64,000 bases of DNA, taken from positions 24,793-88,792 of the forward strand of contig JBEKXU010000010.1 in assembly GCA_049511715.1 (NCBI GenBank), given 5' to 3'. Positions 57,787 through 64,000 of this stretch are shown here, piece after piece; position 1 is the first letter of the stretch, and each line of letters starts with the position of its first letter. This DNA is from Anaerolineales bacterium. Lineage in GTDB: Bacteria; Chloroflexota; Anaerolineae; Anaerolineales; RBG-16-64-43. A program made the translations under genes and the position numbers. The notes beneath the pieces were generated by a model. The model was not told the origin of the DNA, ran no database searches, and was given only the letters and a program-made list of their open reading frames with translations.

Positions 57787-58470
57787 CTACCGGCCCCCTT
57801 TCTTGGGCTTGTACAATCCGGCCGCATCTGAGCCCAGCAGTCCGGATCGCAGCGAGAGCGGGTCCACAGGCGAGAGGGCACGGACCATTTTGGGAGTGAC
57901 CAAGCGCACCTTGCGCAGAGTCGCCACGTGTTCAGCAATCTCTTCCAGGTGCTCATCCCTGGTCATCCACTCCAGCCTGTCCCAGGCGCACAGGTTCATG
58001 GGGTAGGTGTATCCCCGCAAGCTTTTCTGGCCCAGCACGTTGAAGAAGTCTTCAAAGTAGCTCAGAACCAGTTCGCGAAGGCTGCGGAAGATGGGCTCGC
58101 GATAGCGCAGGCCGACGAAGTTCGACTTGGCCACGGCCCCCCAGAGGCCGCCGACTTGGAAGACGGCCAGCATGTGGTCGTCATCGTTCTCCGGGAGCAT
58201 CTCCAAGATTCGCGGGGGATGCCCCAGGGAACGCAGCAGGGTGGCACCCAGCAAGGCTCCGTCGAAACAATGCGCCCTTCGATCCCGCAGCGCGCTGAGA
58301 GGCGAGCGATACCGCTCTTCCGGGCTGTAGGGAATGGTATCGATGAAGCGCTGGATCTTGTAGGGGGTGTCGAGCCTGGCCAGCCGCCCTCGCTCGAGAG
58401 GGCTCAGCGCCTGCCAGAAAACCTGCAGGGGACCGGAGGAGAGATGGTTGCGTCGAGGCAATGGAGGCAT
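57787..58470 (-). CDS. Transglutaminase-like cysteine-peptidase-fold protein
   Basis: RRAHCFDGALLGATLL (Cys) ... DDDHMLAVF (His) ... spacing consistent with a transglutaminase-core C-H-D triad. Tentative. Confidence 0.55.
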   Translation of the reverse strand: MPPLPRRNHLSSGPLQVFWQALSPLERGRLARLDTPYKIQRFIDTIPYSPEERYRSPLSALRDRRAHCFDGALLGATLLRSLGHPPRILEMLPENDDDHMLAVFQVGGLWGAVAKSNFVGLRYREPIFRSLRELVLSYFEDFFNVLGQKSLRGYTYPMNLCAWDRLEWMTRDEHLEEIAEHVATLRKVRLVTPKMVRALSPVDPLSLRSGLLGSDAAGLYKPKKGGR

Positions 58471-58567
58471 AGGTAGATTCTATCGCAGCTGAACGGCCGG
58501 CGGTCTCCGGCCCTCGACCGGTTGCGAGGGGGACTTGGCCCACCTGGGGAACGGGTCTCAGCCCGCC

Positions 58568-59563
58568 TTAGGGCTCGCCCAGGCCAGGGAGGCCCGCCGC
58601 GGGGCGCGACTGTCGGACGGCACGCAGGATGGAGTCAGCCAGCACCTCGGCCGCAAAGGCGCCGACGATGTTGACATCCGCCCTTTTTTCGCCCGTGGCC
58701 AGGACAAACAGTGTATCGCCGTCAACCATGGTGTGAGCCGGTCGAATGGCGCGCGCAATCCCATCCTGAGCCATTTGGGCTACCTTGGTCGCCTGATCCT
58801 TGTCGAGCCGGGCGTTCGTCGCCACCACGCCGATGACGGTGTGGCTCCGGCCCGCGAATCCCAGGGAAGTTCGCCCGACCAGCGTCTTCATGACCTGCAA
58901 GGTGTCCGCGAAGTACCCGGGCGACCCCAGCCGCAGGGGGCCGATGTTCCGGGAGCGGGCCCCGGCCAGGATCTGTCCGCTGGCGGGATCGACCACATCG
59001 CCAAAGGCGTTCACCGCGGTGATGGCTCCGATCACCACCCCCGCTCCGATCTCCAGACTGGACGTGCCGATCCCGGACTTCATCGCCTGGCCCATGCCGA
59101 AGATCTTCCCCACCGTGGCTCCGGTTCCTGCGCCGACATTTCCCTCAGCCGGAGGCTCCGCGCTGGCCGCCTGACAGGCCCGGTAGCCCATGGCCGCGTC
59201 CGGCCGGACGTCGGCCCTGCCGATACCCAAGTCAAACAGGATCGCCGCGGGTACGATGGGAACCCGGGCCACGCCCACGTTGAATCCGACCTTGCGCTCC
59301 TCCAGGAAGCGCACGACGCCGGTGGCCGCCTCGAGCCCGAAGGCGGACCCGCCGGAGAGGACGACCGCATGCGCCTTTTGGACCAGATGCAGCGGATGAA
59401 GGGCGTCCGTTTCCCGCGTTCCCGGGGCCCCGCCGCGCTGGTCGACCCCCGCGACGGCGCCCCTCTCGCACAGCACCACCGTGCATCCGGTGAGAGCGTC
59501 CTCATCCTGCGCTTGTCCGACGCGGATCCCCGCAACGTCCGTGATCGATCCTGGGCGGTTCAT
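58568..59563 (-). CDS. P1/S58 family peptidase (DmpA / L-aminopeptidase-D-esterase-like)
   Basis: MNRPGSITDVAGIRVGQAQD...TGCTVVL...GGAPGTRETD...LSGGSAFGL...GSHTVIGVVATNA (self-processing site region). ATG 59563 after the GGAGG SD. Confidence 0.85.
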   Translation of the reverse strand: MNRPGSITDVAGIRVGQAQDEDALTGCTVVLCERGAVAGVDQRGGAPGTRETDALHPLHLVQKAHAVVLSGGSAFGLEAATGVVRFLEERKVGFNVGVARVPIVPAAILFDLGIGRADVRPDAAMGYRACQAASAEPPAEGNVGAGTGATVGKIFGMGQAMKSGIGTSSLEIGAGVVIGAITAVNAFGDVVDPASGQILAGARSRNIGPLRLGSPGYFADTLQVMKTLVGRTSLGFAGRSHTVIGVVATNARLDKDQATKVAQMAQDGIARAIRPAHTMVDGDTLFVLATGEKRADVNIVGAFAAEVLADSILRAVRQSRPAAGLPGLGEP

Positions 59564-59603
59564 TCCACCTCCCCCACTCCATCCGGCTCGGGCCGCGGCG
59601 ATC

Positions 59604-60821
59604 CTAGGCCAGGAGGACCAGGGCCCGTTCGAGGATACGTTCCGCAACTTCCGCCTTGCTCAGGACGGGCAGAACCTCCTCCCGTCCGTCCTGGCTGATC
59701 AGCGTGACGCGGTTTGTGTCCGTGGCGAATCCAGAATCCGGGGAACTGACATCGTTCGCCACGATCAAGGCAAGATCCTTTTGCTGCAGCTTCCGCCTGG
59801 CGTTCTGGATGAGATTCTCGGTTTCGGCGGCAAAGCCGATGGTTACCTGGGGGTGCCCTGTCCGGCGGCGCTGATCCGCCAGTTCCAGCAGGATGTCGCG
59901 GGTGCGCTCGAGCTCAAAGGCCGGCACGCCCTCCCCTCGCTTGATCTTTTGGTCCTTGACCTGGGCCGGGCGGAAGTCGGCGACGGCTGCCGCCATCAGC
60001 AAGAGGTCCGCTTCCAGGCAGGCCTGGAGGACGGCGTCGGCCATTTCGTTTGCCGTGCGCGCAGGCAAGTGCGTTGCTCCCGCGGGGGCTTCAAGTGAAA
60101 CCGGCGCCGAAATAAGAGTCACCTCCGCCCCTGCATCCAGAGCCGCCTGGGCCAGCGCGTAGCCCTGTTTTCCCGAGGAGCGGTTGGTAATCATTCGCAC
60201 GGGGTCGAGCGGTTCCTGTGTTCCCCCTGCGGTAACGACCACTTTCCGGCCTCGCAGAGGTCCGCCCCGGGACAGCAGGAAGCGGACCCGGCCGAGGATT
60301 TCCTTGGGATCCGTCATGCGGCCGATCCCGGTCAGGCCGGAGGCCAGATGTCCCCGCTCCGGCCCGAGGATGATCGCGCCTCGCCGCAGGAGAACCTGAA
60401 GATTCTCCTGGGTCGCCGGATGATCGAGCATTCCCCCGTCCATGGCGGGCGCGAGAACGAGGGGGCAGCGGCAGGCCAATGCCGTCAGGGCCAGCAGGTC
60501 CTCGCCGGATCCGCTCGCGAGCTTGGCAATGGTGTGGGCCGTGGCTGGAGCTACGAGAAGGAGATCCGCCTGGCGGGCGAGGCCGATGTGGAGCACGTGA
60601 GCTGGCCCGCTCCACAAGTCCGAGTCGGTGTAAGCGGCGCGTCCGGTGACCGACTGAAACGACAAGGGGGTCACGAAACGACCCGCGGCTTCAGTGAGCA
60701 CCGCCTCGACCAGGGCACCGCCCTGGGTCAGCCGGCTGGCCAGATCGACAGCTTTGTAGGCCGCGACGCTGCCCGAGACGCCGAGGACGATGTGTTTGCC
60801 GTTGAGAGGGGAAGGGGACAT
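59604..60821 (-). CDS. coaBC: Bifunctional phosphopantothenoylcysteine decarboxylase / phosphopantothenate-cysteine ligase
   Basis: KHIVLGVSGSVAAYKA flavoprotein N-domain, PAMDGGM, C-terminal VTAGGTQEPLDPVRMITNRSSGKQG ligase motif. Confidence 0.94.
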   Translation of the reverse strand: MSPSPLNGKHIVLGVSGSVAAYKAVDLASRLTQGGALVEAVLTEAAGRFVTPLSFQSVTGRAAYTDSDLWSGPAHVLHIGLARQADLLLVAPATAHTIAKLASGSGEDLLALTALACRCPLVLAPAMDGGMLDHPATQENLQVLLRRGAIILGPERGHLASGLTGIGRMTDPKEILGRVRFLLSRGGPLRGRKVVVTAGGTQEPLDPVRMITNRSSGKQGYALAQAALDAGAEVTLISAPVSLEAPAGATHLPARTANEMADAVLQACLEADLLLMAAAVADFRPAQVKDQKIKRGEGVPAFELERTRDILLELADQRRRTGHPQVTIGFAAETENLIQNARRKLQQKDLALIVANDVSSPDSGFATDTNRVTLISQDGREEVLPVLSKAEVAERILERALVLLA

Positions 60822-60860
60822 CCTTTTTCCTCGCAGGCTCTGCCCGCAGGGGACGGGCGG

Positions 60861-61625
60861 CTAGTGATTCATATCGTAGATCATGCGGAGTCCGTCGAGA
60901 GTGAGCCAGGGGGCGACAAACTGGATGACCTTCGTCTCGCTGGCGATCAGCTCCACCAGGCCTCCGGTCCCGATGACGCGCATCCCCTCGCCCAGTTCGG
61001 CTCGGAACCGGGTCACCAATCCCTCCACCAGGCCGACATAGCCGAACAGCAGCCCGGATTGGAGGGAGTGGACGGTATTGCGTCCGATGGGCGAGGGCGG
61101 ACGAGCAATTTCCACCCGGGGGAGTTTGGCGGTCCGCTCGAAAAGTGCGTCGGCAGCGATGCCGATGCCCGGGGCCAGGGCTCCGCCCAGATAGTCGCCG
61201 GTGGACGAAACGGCGTCAAACGTGGTCGCCGTCCCAAAATCCACAATGCACGCGGGGCCGCCATAAAGACGATACGCCGCGGCCGCGTCCACGACGCGGT
61301 CGGCGCCGACCGCGTGAGGATCCTCGTAGCGCACCTTGACCCCCGTGCGCACGCCGGCGTCCACGACCAAAGGCTCACATTTGAGGATGCGCTGGCAGAC
61401 CTCGACCCACCGACCCGTCAGGGGCGGCACCACGGAGGCGATGGCCGCTCCCTTCACTTCCCCGAAGGGGATCCCGGCGTAGGTAAGCAAACCCTGCACG
61501 TCCAGCCCGAATTCGTCCGGCATCCTTTCATGGTTGGAGGCCAGGCGCCAGCGAGGCCCCGGCCGTTCTCCTTCATAGAGACCCAGGGTGATGTTGGTGT
61601 TGCCGATGTCAATGCACAGGAGCAC
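60861..61625 (-). CDS. coaX: Type III pantothenate kinase
   Basis: LLCIDIGNTNITLGL, GADR, VDFGTATTFD, IATGGLA-like GTGGLV. GTG start at 61625 after the GGGAGG SD; overlaps the panD end by 17 nt. Confidence 0.9.
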   Translation of the reverse strand: MLLCIDIGNTNITLGLYEGERPGPRWRLASNHERMPDEFGLDVQGLLTYAGIPFGEVKGAAIASVVPPLTGRWVEVCQRILKCEPLVVDAGVRTGVKVRYEDPHAVGADRVVDAAAAYRLYGGPACIVDFGTATTFDAVSSTGDYLGGALAPGIGIAADALFERTAKLPRVEIARPPSPIGRNTVHSLQSGLLFGYVGLVEGLVTRFRAELGEGMRVIGTGGLVELIASETKVIQFVAPWLTLDGLRMIYDMNH

Positions 61626-62004
61626 GGCGCACCTCCCGAATCTGGTTGCTATCGTCCACAAGGACCACCCGGGGATGGTATCCGGCAGGCAAGGGCTCGG
61701 GAACAAGAACATAGGACATGATGATGATGCGGTCCCCTTGGAATATCAGGTGGGCCGCCGCGCCGTTGACCTGGATCACCCCCGAGCGATGGGGTGCGGG
61801 AAGGACATAGGTTTCGAGGCGGTTTCCGTTCTCCAGATCAACCACCTGGACACGCTCAAACTCGCCGATCCCCGCCGCCTCCAGAAGGGCCCGGTCGATG
61901 GTGATGCTTCCTTCGTAATCCATCGCGGCGGCGGTCACCCGGGCCCGATGAATCTTTCCCCCCAGCAAGGTGCGCATGATCGGCGGTGTTTTGTCATCCA
62001 TCAT
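61609..62004 (-). CDS. panD: Aspartate 1-decarboxylase
   Basis: MRTLLGGKIHRARVT...DYEGSITID (self-cleaving G-S)...NGAAAH. ATG 62004 has an AAGGAGAGGG SD; ATG 61977 aligns better with the E. coli N-terminus. Confidence 0.93.
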   Translation of the reverse strand: MMDDKTPPIMRTLLGGKIHRARVTAAAMDYEGSITIDRALLEAAGIGEFERVQVVDLENGNRLETYVLPAPHRSGVIQVNGAAAHLIFQGDRIIIMSYVLVPEPLPAGYHPRVVLVDDSNQIREVRRAPVH

Positions 62005-62899
62005 GTGGGATACCCTCTCCTTGGCCTTTTGAGTCCGGAAAGATCACCCCCGTCGACCAGGCTCCTCTTTCGAGCAGGAAGTTGTCGATGAGTCGGGTCT
62101 GTCCCAGTCGAACGGCCAGCGAGAAAAGCCCATCCTGCTCCACGGTCAACAGTTCTTCCAAGGTCTCCGGCTGGGCGACGGAAACGTACTCCTCGGTCGC
62201 CAGGGGTTCCGCCTGCAGGGTCTTGGAAATCTCCGCGCGCAGAAGATCCGCCTCCCGCTGCCCGGCCTGATAGGCCTGCTGAGCCCGCGTCAAGGCCCGG
62301 AACAGAACGCCGGCGGCCCTGCGTTCGTCGGCGGAAAGGTACTGGTTCCGGGAAGACATGGCCAAGCCGTCCTGCTCGCGGACGGTGGGGCAGGCCATAA
62401 CCCGCAAAGGGAAATTCAGATCCTGCACCATCCGCCTCACCACCACTACCTGCTGGGCATCCTTTTGGCCGAAGTAGGCTCGCTGAGGCTGGAAGATCAG
62501 GAAGAGCTTGCAGACCACCGTGGCCACCCCTTGGAAATGGTGAGGGCGCGCCCGTCCTTCCAGGGGGCGGGTGACCTCCTCCACGGTGACATAGGTCTGA
62601 AAGCGCGGAGGGTAGACGGCCTCCGGCGAAGGGGCCCAGACGACATCGACTCCCACCGGGTCAAGCAGGGCCAGGTCCCGGCGCAGATCGCGCGGGTACT
62701 TTTGCAAGTCCTCGCCGGGGCCAAACTGAGTGGGGTTGACGAAGATGCTGACCGCAACCGAGGCGCATTCGGAGCGCGCCCGTCGCGCGAGGGAAAGGTG
62801 CCCCTCGTGCAGATAGCCCATCGTGGGCACGAGGCCCAAAGGCTCGGGCAGTTGGCGCCGCAAGTCGAGAAGCTCCTCAAGCGAAGTCACCAGTCGCAT
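61994..62899 (-). CDS. panC: Pantoate-beta-alanine ligase
   Basis: LVPTMGYLHEGHLSL, SIFVNPTQF, FQGVATVV, FGQKDAQQ. Confidence 0.94.
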   Translation of the reverse strand: MRLVTSLEELLDLRRQLPEPLGLVPTMGYLHEGHLSLARRARSECASVAVSIFVNPTQFGPGEDLQKYPRDLRRDLALLDPVGVDVVWAPSPEAVYPPRFQTYVTVEEVTRPLEGRARPHHFQGVATVVCKLFLIFQPQRAYFGQKDAQQVVVVRRMVQDLNFPLRVMACPTVREQDGLAMSSRNQYLSADERRAAGVLFRALTRAQQAYQAGQREADLLRAEISKTLQAEPLATEEYVSVAQPETLEELLTVEQDGLFSLAVRLGQTRLIDNFLLERGAWSTGVIFPDSKGQGEGIPHDG

Positions 62900-62923
62900 G
62901 GATTTGAGTTCGCCTCCCCGACG

Positions 62924-63823
62924 CTAAAGGCTGCCGAGAGCCCGAACGAGGCGCCACATCGTGCGGTTGAGCGGGGCTGCTAGGCCCAGGCTCTCCGCCT
63001 GAGCCACTATGGCGCCGTTGATTGCGTCGATTTCCGTGGGCCGATGGCGCTCGATGTCCTGCAACATGGAGGCGCGGTTCCCGGCGCTGTGCCAGGCGGT
63101 CGCTTCGACCTCCGCAAAGAAGTCCGGGTACGGCAAGGCAATGCCGGCCGCCTGAGCCACTCGAGCGGCCTCCTGGCCCACGGCCTGCATGAGCGAGCGG
63201 GCGTCTGGAGATTCCAGCAGCTCGCCATTGGGCCTGTGGAGGAGGGCAGCCAGTGGATTGATCGCCGCGTTGACCACCAGTTTTCCCCACAGGAGCGACT
63301 CGAGGTTCTCCTCCACACGGACCTCGAACCCGGCCTGGGAGAAGAGCTTGCGGGCGGGCTCGACGCGCCGGTGAGAGGCCAGAGATACCGAGCCGTTGCC
63401 AGCACTCGCGACCTCGCCCGGAGCCAAGAGGGTCGCCCCCAGGGTGGTCACCCCAAGGGCCGTCTTATCCGATCCGAAAATCTGTTCCAGCGCCTCGCGG
63501 TTGCCCAGCCCATTCTGCAGGGAGAGCGCGAGGCCCGAGGGGGCGAGCGCGATTTCTCCCCGACGGGCCGCCTCGCGGGTCTGCCAGGCTTTCACCAGCA
63601 CCAGGACCAGGTCGCTTCCGAGGCACTCCTCGGCTCTGTCCGTAGCCCGGACACGGGCCCGCAGGTCCCGCCCGGCCTCATGCACCAGGATCCCGTGCTC
63701 CCCTATCGCGGCGATCGCCTCGGCCCAGGTTCCCAGCAGGATGATTTCTGCGTGGGCAGCCAGCCGTGCCCCGAAAAGGCAGGCCATCGCTCCCGTCCCG
63801 AGGATGGTCACCCTCACGGTCAC
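62924..63823 (-). CDS. panE: 2-dehydropantoate 2-reductase (ketopantoate reductase)
   Basis: ILGTGAMACLFGARLA Rossmann N-terminus, VLVKAWQT, NGLG, C-terminal helical domain ending ...EIDAINGAIV. GTG 63823, or the better-spaced GTG 63817. Confidence 0.85.
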   Translation of the reverse strand: MTVRVTILGTGAMACLFGARLAAHAEIILLGTWAEAIAAIGEHGILVHEAGRDLRARVRATDRAEECLGSDLVLVLVKAWQTREAARRGEIALAPSGLALSLQNGLGNREALEQIFGSDKTALGVTTLGATLLAPGEVASAGNGSVSLASHRRVEPARKLFSQAGFEVRVEENLESLLWGKLVVNAAINPLAALLHRPNGELLESPDARSLMQAVGQEAARVAQAAGIALPYPDFFAEVEATAWHSAGNRASMLQDIERHRPTEIDAINGAIVAQAESLGLAAPLNRTMWRLVRALGSL

Positions 63824-63857
63824 CCTCCCTCACGGCTTCGGGTCTTGCCCGTGCGGC

Positions 63858-64000
63858 TCACGCGAAATCTCTCCCGCGCTCCCGCTTCGGCTCTTCCAGG
63901 GAAGTCAGCAAGTCCTGCCATTCCGTTTCCGGAAGGTCTACGGTGTGTTCGGGCGCCGGGAAGGTGTGTTTTTCCACATCCTGTCGGTAGGCCTCGAACG
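63858..64000 (-). CDS. panB: 3-methyl-2-oxobutanoate hydroxymethyltransferase, C-terminal fragment (gene continues beyond window)
   Basis: My translation of the minus strand from the window edge gives FEAYRQDVEKHTFPAPEHTVDLPETEWQDLLTSLEEPKRERGRDFA*. The ...AY..DV....FP..EH.. tail is typical of PanB and the gene sits at the head of the pan cluster. It is not in the ORF track because it is truncated. Confidence 0.7.
   Translation of the reverse strand, partial: FEAYRQDVEKHTFPAPEHTVDLPETEWQDLLTSLEEPKRERGRDFA

Noticed and set aside
1-64000. CRISPR arrays, IS elements, prophage genes, retrons/DGRs and rRNA operons.
   Set aside because: Reading both strands, I found no repeat-spacer periodicity, no transposase, integrase or reverse-transcriptase-like translations, and no rRNA-like sequence.

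Overview
GC-rich (roughly 60-65% by eye) bacterial chromosomal segment, tightly packed with housekeeping genes. Many adjacent genes overlap by 1-4 nt. I support 57 protein-coding genes (two truncated at the window edges), 2 tRNAs (Ser-GGA, Lys-CUU), 4 hairpin/T-run terminator-like elements and several sigma70-type promoter candidates. Gene content: tryptophanase-family lyase, upp, ruvB, queA, PNP, ftsK, lgt, an ABC exporter, hsp20-lon, a stand-alone rpoC, FTCD, sucCD, an orphan nuoL-nuoM pair, rsmI, rho followed by two LysM/M23 peptidases, a 4-subunit group-3b-type [NiFe] hydrogenase operon with its protease and an adjacent two-component pair, a bactofilin, and a colinear pantothenate/CoA cluster (panB-panE-panC-panD-coaX-coaBC). 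The content and style (LysM-M23 paralogs, leaderless-looking starts, bifunctional PGI/PMI, sulfhydrogenase-type operon) are compatible with a Chloroflexota-like organism, but that is only a guess. I see no CRISPR array, IS or transposase, integrase, prophage, toxin-antitoxin pair or recognisable defence island, so the window looks like core genome and I found no clearly novel multi-gene system. The points most worth a second look are: (1) rpoC has no adjacent rpoB and is preceded by a near-consensus promoter, a ~60-nt transcript and an intrinsic terminator (attenuator or small RNA), with a G-quadruplex motif just upstream; (2) a ~175-aa charged, coiled-coil-like insertion in beta-prime; (3) a PHP + AlbA_2 + unknown C-terminal domain protein abutting a YpeA-like GNAT; (4) a multi-TM + GAF + HTH membrane regulator; (5) an ABC-2 permease fused to SpoIIM/DUF95; (6) an AT-rich island with a palindrome and 20-bp-phased direct repeats upstream of the hydrogenase operon; (7) several 400-600 bp ORF-free GC-rich spacers. 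All functional calls come from reading the supplied translations and motifs; no database search was run.
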